Below the pieces are notes generated by a model, which searched no databases, was not told the DNA's origin, and was given only the letters and a program-made list of their open reading frames with translations. A DNA stretch of 61,300 nt, filler included, from Hausera hauseri (lineage: Eukaryota): the NCBI GenBank assembly GCA_046269625.1. It is 12 parts of 12 records of this genome, joined end to end, with 100 filler letters (N's around TTAATTAATTAA, not from the genome) between each part and the next. Parts side by side here need not be neighbours in the genome. Positions count along the whole stretch, not along the records: positions 47,662 to 51,882 come from JBJURY010692771.1; positions 51,983 to 55,927 come from JBJURY010867517.1; positions 56,028 to 61,300 come from JBJURY010293503.1; 9 more parts are not named here. One strand, written 5' to 3'. Shown here piece after piece: positions 49,831-61,300 of this stretch (positions are counted from its first letter, which is position 1; each line of letters starts with the position of its first letter). The translations under genes were made by a program, and so were the position numbers.

Positions 49831-51882
49831 AGATTCGTGTAATTTTGGATGCCGTTAACGATTGGTCTTTGTCAAAAATCACGACTTTTCCTCGTGGTTG
49901 TTAAGGATATAGTCCGGACTCGCTGTGTTTATGGAAAGCCCTCTTGTTAAAGACATCTTGTAGGAATGTGTGATATTTCATTAGTGTGTTGCTTATCGGG
50001 TGAATCTACTGGGCCAGTTTAGACACAACACAATGCTTGGATGGTGTTTTTTATCGACATCTGTCTAAGGGTCGAGCGAAAAAACGCGTATTAAACAGTT
50101 AATGGTTACCTCGCAAAAATCAGAAAATATTTGGTGTTGCTGATTCGTGAGGCGACATGTATCAAACGAGTTACGGCCTGCGAATAACACGGGTACAAAC
50201 CTTTTGAGGTCTGTTGGTTAGACAAATGAATTTATTCACTCGGCCGTGTAGATGTGTTAAAAGGCGTGTTTTGCTTGAGCGATTCGTTGGACAGCAAAAC
50301 AACGGAAGGCTTTATCCCTTTGTACGCGGACTGTGTAAACACTGGAATGTTCCACTGTTGCGGGATAAGTTTGGTAAAAATAATATTTCTGTGTTTTGTT
50401 TGTCTTTCTAATAATAAATTATTTCGTATGGTGAAAATATTGATCGCTTTTAGCCGTGTTGGTCGATTTCAAAGTTTTACCGATAAAAATGGGAAAATGA
50501 GACATCTAAAAATGTGTGCGGATTGACTGGAAGACCAGCCAGAATCAACCGCATAGAATCAACTGCCTAGATGTTTGAAGATGGCCGACTTGACAAAATT
50601 GTAAGTAACAAAATTTCTCAGATATTAAGTAACAAAAATGTAAATTTCCAGGACACTACACATATTGTATAGTTTGTACTTTCTCGAATGAATAAAACAT
50701 GTACTAGTTTCCTTATGTGTATAAAAATGTACTATTTTCCTTGTGAAATGTTTGTATTTTCCTTATGTGAATAAACCTGTACAATTTGCATTATGTGTAT
50801 TTGCTTGAATTTAAAATAATTTCCTTTAATGACACATATTTGTTCTATAGCAACTTATGATGGAATGTCCTTCCTTCACTTTCCAATCCACAGGGGCCAA
50901 TTTGCGTCCCGGCTCAGGATGATGATGGCGATGCTATAACTTACTCAATTCTAAGGGGTAAGTTATTACTGAAAACAACGTCATTTTAAGAGATTAGATA
51001 AAGATCGCGATGGAAATACTCAGCAGATGTGAATGAGTGAAAACTGTAACTTGACTAACTATTGCTGTAACATTCCTAAACTACTGCAGCAACAGTGTTA
51101 CCAGCATGCGTTTCTTTGTATCTACAGGTTCCCCAAAATTTTACACCTCATTCGTAAGGATGAATACTAAAACCGGATATATAACTTGGGTAGACTATGA
51201 AAGATTAACAGATACCACGGTATTTTTTCTCGTCGTCCGGGTACGTAACGTAATTTTGTTAAGTCTTAAAAAGTGAAAATGTTGCTGTCTGAAGTAATAC
51301 GTAACAATTTGTATGCGATAGTCACGATTTTCATGTGACAATGTCATTGCCTGTATCAGCTAACGAGGAATTGTGTGTTACAATGACGTCTGACCTAATG
51401 GAGTAAAACGGTTTAAAGGGCTGATCACCTGTATGTAGAAAATGAACTACCTAAGAAACAGCTGAGAGATATTACGCAAACAAACGATATCGAAGAATCT
51501 CGCCAAAGAATTGGCAGTATGAAGGGTGGTCTGACGAGAGTAAGGCAACTTTCCGACAGTGGAAGACACCAAAGCAAACTATAACTAATATTATAACACG
51601 CAAAACAATTTTTTTTTTTTTTTTTTAAATAAGAGTAGCACAAAATCAGACAGGGAAATTAAACGTATCAGAAGAAGAAATAAATAAATACAAACTGGAG
51701 TTTCATAGGAATACAAGAAGCATAATGGGCTGAATAAGAAACAAAAAAGTATTATTTTGAAACAGCATATACATGATAAATTGCATATACGTTAACAAAC
51801 AAAATCTCTGAGATGAATGAAAAGGCCAAGGCAGTACAAGTGAGCATTTGCTAAAGGAAGCAGTAATGGAGACATTATCGAG

Positions 51883-51982
51883 NNNNNNNNNNNNNNNNNN
51901 NNNNNNNNNNNNNNNNNNNNNNNNNNTTAATTAATTAANNNNNNNNNNNNNNNNNNNNNNNNNNNNNNNNNNNNNNNNNNNN
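51883..51982. other. Artificial contig linker
   Basis: 44 N + TTAATTAATTAA + 44 N. Confidence 0.98.
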
Positions 51983-52959
51983 CACATTTATTACGAATGA
52001 CTTCTTCAATAACGGAACGAAACAGTGTCATGGGCTTCAATGACGTGGAGGTAATTTTAACTAGTATGTATCATTGTGATTAGACAATATGTATAATTGT
52101 GATATGAGGCAATACTCACAAAGTAAATGTCTATTGTTTACAATAAAAACAAACCGGTATGAACAAATTTGATATACATAGAGATTCAATTTAATTTCAC
52201 GTTTGTCCGCTTTAAACCATGTCTTTGGAAAACATTTCTGTATGTCACAGTCTCTTAAAAAGTCACGGTACAGCGAATATTCGCTCATAAATTTCCGATT
52301 GTATAATTAATACAACTTACATTATTTGCGCAACGCTATTCAATTGCCACTGATGCAAACGGCCAAAATCAAACAGGTGAAATATTGTCTATTGGTAAAA
52401 AGATCAGCGACGATGATTTGGATACGATGGAAGACACAATTAGAAAACTTCAGTGATTTGGCGTTGAGTAACGATATCCGAAATACATCATCGATTTTTC
52501 TCAGAGGAAATATGGCGAAAATTGTCAGTTCACATAGCGGAGGAACTAAAGGCTACCTGACACTGAAGCTCAAAGATACAAGGAAAGGAGCAGCGTCAAA
52601 TCCCCAATATGTAAAATTGGGAAGTTTACTATGATTTAACTGACTTACTTTTCGTGTTTTTGTGATTTAGTTTTTCTCCGATCAATAAATTAATGTATTC
52701 ATGTTACATATTTTGTTTTCTCGTGAAATGTTATTGTTTTACTTTTACTTCTATCTTAGTAATAATAGGTTAAGTAACCGAAAACAAAACACAAGACACT
52801 GAACAAAATACGTTATTGAAATATATAAAACAATATATATATTGGATAATTGTCAATGATTGTCACAGTAACTAAACTGAACTGAACCGGCAGAGCACCG
52901 ATTGATTGGACGTGCGTTTATTTCAGCCGTCAATGTTCAAATGTCCACCTCTTATTTTG

Positions 52960-55927
52960 CCCCACATACCTTCGCTTATCATCGTTACATTACAAAGCGA
53001 CTTTCGCACTAGTTATTGTGCACAGCTGGTGCTCAATTGACCGGATGATAGTTTGAGACAAAGCAGCCACTGATTGTCCTCCTTCTGATGCTGCTGCTAC
53101 ATATATACGGCGACAATCACCGTGGCCGGTTTCCTTCTGTTTCAGCTGGACTTCTTTTGTCCGCATTTTCGGTCCACAGTCCGTCAGAAGACTGTAGCAC
53201 TTTGGGCGTAGGAATATCCATTCCCGATACTGAACCCGACCTTCACTTTCATACTTGAAGTAGCCGATTTTGTTGGTGATCGCCCTGCTGTACAACGGAT
53301 AATCCGGTAGGTAGTTGGACGTGTCCAGTAGTCCATCTGACATCATTTGCCGGAGCAGTTGATCGCGATTGACATTTTTCAGCTCATGGAAAAAGCTGTC
53401 TGTGTTACCGGCAACGATATTGATCGCACAGCCGTCGAACATTTGCCGGTAACGTGGCAAGTCGCGATACTGGAGCTCGTACATTCGCAACTTTCTCAGG
53501 TCCAATACAACTTGTCCGATGTAACTTGGCCGGTCCAGAACGACTTCTTACAGGTTTAACAGCACCACAACCAATCCATCGGTAATGTGCATTGATCGCC
53601 TGAACTGAGCCTTGCTGGTGTACGTAATCAGCCGCTTTTTGTTGTTACGTAGGTGCACATTGAGTCGCTTTTTGAGGTTCTCTACTGTTTTGCCGTAGAA
53701 AAATTATTTTTCAACTTGTAGTAGTTCTTTTCGAACTTTGTACAAGGTGAGGCTCCTTTCTCCGAATTTCCGTCAATGTATGCCTTGAATATCGACGCCT
53801 GATTGAAGCGGATTGCGCGATGCAGCTGTGTGACGCGTACACCGAGCTGCATGGAAAACTGCAGTAGACGCTAATGAACCACGTAATTCGATTGGGGTTT
53901 ATTCGTCATGATCAGTTTCTTTACTTTTGAGCCCGTCGGATATTGGCTGATTGGTGCCACGGGAAATTCGTCCAGAGCGTCATGCAGCTCATCTAGTACC
54001 AAAAAATCGACTTCCATTAGTTAGCCGACTGAGCTGTTTTCTGCCGTGTTTGCTGCTGCTGGCAGACTGCCCAACAATGTATCCAGTTCTTGTTTGTCCA
54101 TTATCCATTCAAATGAACCGTACGGCAATGGTTGCGAAAGCGTCCAGCCGTACAGGTTATTAATATCGATATACAACATTGAAGTTGTATCATCGTCATC
54201 ACTGGTTACGTGATGCTTGTTGACAAATGTCATGCCGCCACGAATACCAACATGAAATAGTCCGTACATTTCCGAGTCTTGCAACAGCTCAATTTCTCTG
54301 TCCAGAGACATTAGTGCCGATGCCAAATTCATCCCCGGTATGGAGTAAAAGTTTAGCGACTCCAGCCTATCTGCCACCAACGCCTTATCACGAAATGTCT
54401 GAAACACATCGGCTAACAAATACACGTCCAGTTTCAGGACCTGGAGCATGTACTCCAATATGTTTCACAGCCAAGCTCTGTCCACGCTTCCTGTGCTCTG
54501 TGGTACTCGTGGCAATTCATCTGTTGTCTGAAGCCGCTGGTATGACACAGCAAAGTCGTATGGGAATATACCTTTGCTGCGTGCAATGTGTGGGGAACTG
54601 AGTCAATGTTATTGGAACATCCGGCAAGGCACTTACGAGCTTTCCTACCGACTCATTGAGGAACTGCAATGAGTCAAGAAACCGTACCTGGAACCGGTTT
54701 ATGCGTGCCGATAGGGACAGTTACTTCTCCATCATTTTTGGAATTATGGATAGTTCCCAGTGTGGAAATCCGTTTATGGCCCATTTTAAAATATGGTGAC
54801 AATCATAACCTCGGAAATTATGAAAAATCGCAGACAGCAATGGCCGCACACGCCTTGCCAAATTGCAGGAATTGAATGCTGCTCCAAAATGTCGACCGGT
54901 GAAATGATCATGGTCTGGTACAAGCCGTTCCGATGGATCAAAAGGCAATATTTTGTGGCACAGGTAACATTCATCGGTCGCAGCGAACATCAACGGTTCA
55001 TATTCATCTGTCCAAATCAACGGTTTAGTGAAATTATTGCGATACCACGGCTCGATTTCCGTTTCCACTATCGTTTCCAAACGCTGCAGGAAATCACGTA
55101 CACAGCGCCAGCCATAAAAGGCGTAATAATGCGGCTGACCGACCGCTTTTATTGGGACAATCAACATACCAACGGCGATTGGAACGTGCTTTTGATCATA
55201 CACGTTATGCCGTGATAGAATTGCCTCAATATCGGCATATACCACATATGCCAGACTGTCCGTTTTCGACTAGTCACTTAATCGGAGCTCCTTTTTGAGT
55301 GACGTACATGGTTGTTCCCGTTGAATTCTGCTTGCACAGCGCTACATGATTCTCCCATGTTGTTTTTAACTTGAAACCATGTAGAGATACAGGACACCAT
55401 TTACATTGTATACGTTTTTGGACAAACTGATAGTGATTTATATTCAACAGTCTGTCCAAATTGGTTACTGCCACGTACTGAAATTTATCTGCCTGCACCA
55501 ACAGCAACAAATTTACCGAGCGTCCATTCGGGTTCCGATTGCGATAAATTATATCCACGTGTGGGTTTTTGTATATCTCTTCGTCTGATGGCATTTCTAC
55601 GATTGTGTTGTACCGGAAAACATTGATTGCCAGAGTAGGATTACGCCGTTCAAAGGTCGGGATGGATTTCAGTTCCATTGGCATCCAGCTTTCTTCGAAT
55701 TCCAATTCGGAAAAATACTGCCAATACTGCTTTGGACGATGTGCCTGATTTCTAACCACTTCGTCATATTTTAATATAGCTAGAATACTGTAAATAAAAC
55801 AGTATTTGTCGTGGGTATTTTTTACATTCACTACCGACAGAGACTGCTTTAGAGCTGCAGGTGTCGGTATGGATGGTCGCCCAGCCAAATATATCATATT
55901 ACTCGACTTTGTTATGCTAAAGCCGAT
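52960..55927 (-). pseudogene. polB: Near full-length Polinton pPolB, disrupted
   Basis: VNVKNTHDKYCF, YADIE, DHDHFTG..CNL, FHNFRGYD, DVYLLADVF, IRGG, DINNLYGW, KLKNN..YGKTVEN, AGNTDS (Asp of DTDS replaced by Asn), FLRPKCYS. Confidence 0.95.
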
Positions 55928-56027
55928 NNNNNNNNNNNNNNNNNNNNNNNNNNNNNNNNNNNNNNNNNNNNTTAATTAATTAANNNNNNNNNNNNNNNNN
56001 NNNNNNNNNNNNNNNNNNNNNNNNNNN
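55928..56027. other. Artificial contig linker
   Basis: 44 N + TTAATTAATTAA + 44 N. Confidence 0.98.
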
Positions 56028-57183
56028 AATTGGCGAAGGGGAGGGCGCCACGGGTCGCTTCTGACGGTGGGAGCGGCTTTTTAGCTGCACTGGTCAGCTA
56101 CCGCTCGCCTCAAGCTGGGCAGCCCCTAGTCAGTAAGAAAAATTCCATGCTCCGCCACTGCTTACGATGTGCCTGTTGCAGTTTTTTTTTTTTTTTTTTT
56201 TTTGTAGCTTTTAACAAATATTTTTCTATATTATAAAATATGAAAAACGACAGTCACAAAATATGTTCTATTCAGCATCAGGGATAATTGAAACCGAATA
56301 AACTCTGAGCACTCTCAGGTGACGCCCCCCCCCCCAAAAAAAACACTTTTCTAACGAGAGGTGTGAGGATTCTTAATGTCAAAGTAACTGAACCAACGAT
56401 GACTGACAGGTAAAATCGCGCAATACCTTTCAAACGTTTAAAAAGACAACAACGACACGTAATGCTCTCCTGAACATCAGCGTGTTGTAATCATTAAAAA
56501 TGAAATAAATAAAGTTTCGTTGATTCAGCTAGTCGTTTCATACCCACTGTCCCTTTCTTGTATTCTTTGAATGGGGTGGAAATTAAACAACAACAGTATC
56601 TTTGTTTTTACTTTCCACCGGTTCAAATAAAACTAGAAGGGGACAAGGCCGTGGCGTAACCATTTGTTGTTATTAAGGGGCCCCTTAAAAGAGGCTAACT
56701 AGAAAAAGTGGAGCCAACTAATCATTTGATAAAACAAATGTAGAGACTCCGAGGAACGATAAAATAGAAATTACAGTTAACTTTTAATACAATACAAATA
56801 AATGTGTATTTCTTAATAAAATTCAAAACTTAATTTAATTTATTCAAAATAAGATAAGTTACTTATAAGACAAGTTTAATTTCTATTCTATTGCAGAAAC
56901 AATTATTTGAGTTATATAAAATTACAGTAACTTAATAGGAAAATATTTAGATTTTACAAAATAAATACCTGCTAGTTAGTAAAATCATTTTTCTCCATTT
57001 ACTTCCCTTGACAAATTGATTACGTACAAATAACAGGGGGTTAATTCAAAAATAAATATACAGAAATTATAAAAATATACGTAACAATGGAACCAACATA
57101 ATGGCCAAGACCTTTCAACACTTCCACACAGTGCGCCCTGGAAACAGAAGCAATTTTCTCCAACGTTGTAACGATCGCCCACT

Positions 57184-57388
57184 GTCCACAGTTGAGAGGT
57201 GGATCACTTCTAGGAAGCCAAGCATAGCACTAAAGCCTGGAGGACACCGTTCCACCCTACTAGACTCCACTGGGACACAAGGAATGCTCAACACAACTAC
57301 TCCTGAGTCCTTCTTAGGACTACATCCCTTATCAGGGCTCACCCAGAAGCGCTGACGCTCGGTGATAAGGAGATCAAACAACAACAAA
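57184..57388 (+). mobile_element. Ribozyme-headed SINE-like element, copy D (5'-truncated, no ribozyme)
   Basis: gtccacagttgagaggtggatcacttctaggaagccaagc..gctgacgctcggtgataaggagatc, then a caacaacaa tail. Confidence 0.85.
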
Positions 57389-58034
57389 AAATACACCATT
57401 CTACACACGTACACGAGTTTACAAGTGTCCGATATTGAAGATACTACACCGTATTATACCGTGGAGTCAGAAACGATAATTTTTGGTACCTTTTGAGATT
57501 ACAGATAAAGGTAGGTACAGTCTCGAAATGGATGACCATTAGTTGATACTGCCGACCGTCATTCACTTCTGAGATAGAATATACCACGAGACGTTCGGCC
57601 TATCTAGCGTAATCTGATGACAGCTGTAGACAATGAATTATGAGGAATATAGCGGAAAACAAGTCCTGTATAAATTTTATTTTCTGGTCAGGTACGTCTT
57701 GGTATTCTTTGTTCAAACATTACCAAATGTGGAGCCTAAGTTAAAGGAAAGTGGGAAAGATAAGTTAGTTAGTATTTCTTCTTGGGCCAAGTTGGCACAC
57801 AGGGAAGAGATCGGGGTCTTCCAATTCTGTCGGTCATGTCTCGAGTGTTCACCATGTACGGACGTGGTAAGGGCTGCAGTTTTCTTGCCAAATCTTCACT
57901 GACTGTGTCTGCCGAGGAGGCATTGGAGGACGGCTGCATCCATAAGCCGGGCAGCCTTCGGAAATCCCTGTCGGGCCCACAGTCCACGCAAATATCGTAT
58001 CCTGCCTTGATGGGCTTTTGTTGCTCATAAATAA

Positions 58035-58874
58035 CTAACACTGTTCGTTGCAACGGGACCCGTCGGCATAGGCATCAACGGAATAGCGACTCCATACCAG
58101 TTCGAAAACTTATACAAGTGGTACGCCACCCTTACGCAAGCCGCACATGAGCGCTTACACGAAAAGAACATGGATCCGGCGAGCCTGAAACTAAGCATTT
58201 TCATCGAACACTACGAAAAAGAACGCACTAAAGGTATGCTACACTGGCTCCCACCGGGCCTAAAGGCGGACACTGCCAAACGCATCGCCGTTATGATCTC
58301 CGGCGATGCAGAGGCCGAAGTCGCTCCCGTCAGCGTGACCAGAGATAAATGGCACTTCGCCTGTCGCCCTCAGCATCCAATACCTCACTACTTCTACCTG
58401 CACATACAAGATACCCAAGGCTGTGATTTCAACGTGTTGATCACCTTACCTGGTAGGAGGACCCCTTGCAACATATGTGGAGAGGACGATCACTGGACAG
58501 GCCAATGCCCATACAAGCAACGTCGGCAGCCTGCCACTCAAGCAGCACCGCCACCAGTGGCCCAGCAATCATCCACCAAGGAGGATTGCGGCGACAGGCA
58601 AAGCCTCCCCCGATCTCAGGATAGTCCACAACCTGGAACCAGTTCAGACTGTACGAGTGTAGATTCATGTCCAGCAACGCAAACACTGCCAACAAACAGT
58701 GACAACGAGGAAGAAGACTCGCCAGAAACCCGACCAAGAGAAGTTCATCGAATGTCTTTCAACGAAAGCGTAACGGGCTTGAAAACGAACATCTCAATGA
58801 CAAGCCCCTGCCATCAAATGCAAGGCGGTCTCGCACAGACCTTCGTCGGCGAGCCCTGCACGAAACCAGTGTGA
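58035..58874 (+). mobile_element. Non-LTR ORF1-like protein (Tx1/L1-like) with CCHC knuckle
   Basis: IPHYF..VLITLPGRRTPCNICGEDDHWTGQC, followed by a Pro/Ser/Thr low-complexity tail. The frame is open from 58035, upstream of the ATG at 58170. Confidence 0.6.
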
Positions 58875-59289
58875 CAACGCCAGACCAAAGTCGCGAAGCC
58901 GCCAACCCACGAACCCGCTAGCAACCGCAAACCCAGCCCTGCCGGCAGACATCGACATGCAAGCGGACATAAATTTAGAACCAGACACACTTTGCCCTCC
59001 ATGCCCACCATGGGCCGATTTGGCAAAGCAACGGAAGGGAGGGGCCTACCAGCTACAGCCATCGCATTCGATTCCACCCAAGTTCCTTGCAAATGTAGAC
59101 AGTTACATAGAGTTCAGTATTGGCCTTTTCGTCTTGTCAGACGGTCTTGAAAGCAGAAAATGCTGGCTGCTGTCCTACTGAACAGCTTCTCTCATGGCTA
59201 AATTTACCAATGTTTGAATTACAGATCCTGCCACAATATGAACAGGCTACACCTGTATTATTTTCTCCTGATTTTTTCGTCTACATCTT

Positions 59290-59910
59290 TTGTCTTCCAA
59301 CAGATGACTTCCATGTCAGATGACTTCCATGTTAAGAGTTTGCTGCAAGCCTTTCCCAGTTAACTAAAATCAATGCGAAAGTCCTCCATTGATGTTCTTT
59401 ATATCTCAACTTTTGTTTCCCTCTTTGGTCTTGTCCCCTCTGACAATTCACCTAGTAAAATTTGTCTGGGAGTGCGGCTGTCACTCATTCTACTAATATG
59501 TCGCAGCCATCTAAGTCTTCTTTACAAAGTAGTGCCATGAGAGACGGTAGCTTAGCACGTTACAGTACTTCAGTGTTTGTCACTATCTCTTGCCATCCGA
59601 TATTAATTATTCTGCGAAGGCAACGCAAATAGAATCTGTTGAATCTCTTCTCTTGGCCTGTATAGGTTGTCCAAGTTTCAGACCCATATTAAAGTGTACT
59701 AAGTTCGCAGGCATGGTAAACGAGCATTTTAGTCTTGAGTGCTAACTTTGTATTATTCCATGCTCTTTTTGACATCTTCCCATAAGTTGTGGCTCCTTTT
59801 TTAATATATATGTTGATTTCCTCATCTAAAGATATTGTCACAGTTACAGTAGACCCTAGATAGTTAAATCTGTCCAAAATTTCGAGTTTAAATCCTGGTG
59901 AAAGCATTGT
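59290..59910 (-). mobile_element. RTE/BovB-like LINE 3' fragment
   Basis: FNYLGSTV..TKMLVY..YGSETWT..LRCLRRII..RRLRWLRH..PRQILLGEL. Confidence 0.88.
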
Positions 59911-59925
59911 AAATTTGTTCTTCCG

Positions 59926-60290
59926 TTCACCTCGAGTATTAGAGGTTCGAATCCCAGTGGAAGCACTTGGGATTTTTTTCTCCTGAATCTTCTAGTAATA
60001 AATTCCCCTGATCTCTGGGTAGTGAGATCGGATGTCCGTGAAAATTGTCGTGAACGTTAAAGATCCCTTGGCAGTTGGACATCGAAAAAGAGTAGGCCTA
60101 ACCGCCGCTGTCCGGGAAAAATTCTACGAAAAATCTACCCCCCTGGGTAAAAATGTAAAAATACAATACTGCCTATTTATCAAGCCTGGTTAAAAAATAA
60201 AGACTTTATCTTATCTAGTATAAACTTTCCTTAATGCCTTAATCCACGGGTAAAACAGTAGTTATTAGTGACATTAGTACAATCATTAAA
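59926..60290 (+). mobile_element. tRNA-derived SINE with Deu/Nin-like central domain (family 2)
   Basis: Perfect B box ggttcgaatccc at 59944-59955; gttaaagatcccttggca..cgaaaaagagtagg..tgtccggg resembles the Deu/Nin domain; tail recurs at 35887. Confidence 0.65.
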
Positions 60291-60781
60291 ACAAAAGTAT
60301 AATCATTGCTGAAAGACAGTTTGTATAATCATTGCTAAAAGAGTTTGTATAATCATCCGTATTATAACATAAATCAATATACTTTGAACTTAAAAGTACA
60401 TTTGTATTAACTAAGAAATTACGTACATATTATTTGTTAATTGCAAGTTAAGTCAACAATTAGCAGCCATCTTCATCTTGGTATCTAGACATGTGGGACT
60501 TTGGGACAGTGAGAGGGCAGTGAGACTGGCCTCCTTGTTAGGACTTTGCTGCTATTGTTGGCACTTTCAGGGATTGGCAAATCTGAGGCTGCATCTTTGT
60601 CTAAACTGCATGAAACTTGGAGTCGCAAAGGAGCAGCATACCAGGCATACAAGAGGACAAGTTAACAACACAGAATCAGCATGAATAGTTGTTCTGCACT
60701 GATGAATATTTTGAGAAGAGGATCCAAGCAAGTATGGACATATCAGGAGCACGATGAGGATAGTCCATATAACACAACATC

Positions 60782-61057
60782 AGATCCTCTGGCAGACGTC
60801 CCCGTCGTCGTCAAATGCAACGGTAGGGAAACCTGGCTGAGGCTCGAGATGGTCCCCAGTTGAGAAGTGGATCACTTCTAGGAGGCCAAGCTTTGCACTA
60901 AATCCCGGAGGACCCCGGTCCACCCTAATAGACTCCACCGGGACAACAGGAGTTCTCAACGCAACCACTCCATATTCCTTATTAGAACTACAGCCCTTAT
61001 CAGGGCTCATCCAGAATAGCTGACGCTCGGTGATGAGAAGGTCATCAAACAATCAAC
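60782..61057 (+). mobile_element. Ribozyme-headed SINE-like element, copy E (starts within the ribozyme)
   Basis: cctctggcag-acg-tccccgt-cgt..gcaacggtagggaaacct, then the full body and a caaacaatcaac tail. Confidence 0.85.
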
Positions 61058-61300
61058 ACACACGTTAGGTTTGTGTGAGTTGAAAACAAACTTGTTCCAT
61101 GTCCTCCTTGACTGAGAGAAGATGTTACATTTGTTGTTGTTCATTAATGCCGGAAAGAACCAGCTGTGCGCAATACAAAGATAAAAAGTGGAAATAACTA
61201 TAAAACACGTTCATAAATTCAAGTATCTCAGAGCCCTCAAAACATCGTATGGCAGATCTTCATCATGTGGCCTGTCCTTTGCAGTATGTCGCCCTCTTCA

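Noticed and set aside
10065-55927. One complete Polinton or giant-virus genome spread over the window
   Set aside because: The parts lie on separate contigs, include non-identical pPolBs, are pseudogenised, and no ATPase or NCLDV core gene was seen.
57613-57640. CTGATGA hammerhead-like cores (also ~3080, ~4614 and minus strand ~13150-13168)
   Set aside because: No properly placed stem II plus GAAA or flanking stems; two lie inside LINE coding remnants.
59944-59955. tRNA gene suggested by GGTTCGAATCCC
   Set aside because: No cloverleaf; it continues into a SINE body.
60780-61052. Recurrent minus-strand ORFs (also 1987-2199, 57115-57414) with similar peptides
   Set aside because: They are antisense translations of the non-coding repeat; starts and stops are not conserved.

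Overview
This window is not contiguous DNA. It is 12 short contigs (about 4-7 kb) joined by 11 identical 100-nt artificial linkers (44 N + TTAATTAATTAA + 44 N). The content is eukaryotic (animal, apparently invertebrate) and mostly decayed mobile elements. (i) Polinton/Maverick pieces occur on five contigs. One is a near-complete morphogenesis block (integrase, two tandem pentons, core protein, major capsid, adenain protease); others are two pPolB pseudogenes, a capsid fragment, and an internally deleted pPolB beside an AGTAG-ended inverted repeat. (ii) AT-rich Gypsy-type LTR elements show a PPT-LTR-PBS junction, a Gag with a very long protease-less extension, and an unrecognised env-position ORF. 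(iii) There are many RTE, CR1-group, RNase H-type and Tx1-like LINE fragments, tRNA SINEs, and mariner, hAT and piggyBac-type DNA elements. (iv) Host-type genes are few: a cPLA2 exon, intronless IFRD-like and TIA-1-like pseudogenes, a C2H2/AT-hook protein and two RING fingers. The most interesting signal is a dispersed ~330-nt non-coding retroelement family (5 copies on 4 contigs). Its 5' end reconstructs to an HDV-like self-cleaving ribozyme, and its head also precedes an RTE endonuclease ORF, making it a candidate ribozyme-headed RTE-dependent SINE/SIDE. All calls come from reading motifs by eye; no searches were run, and boundaries of decayed elements are approximate.
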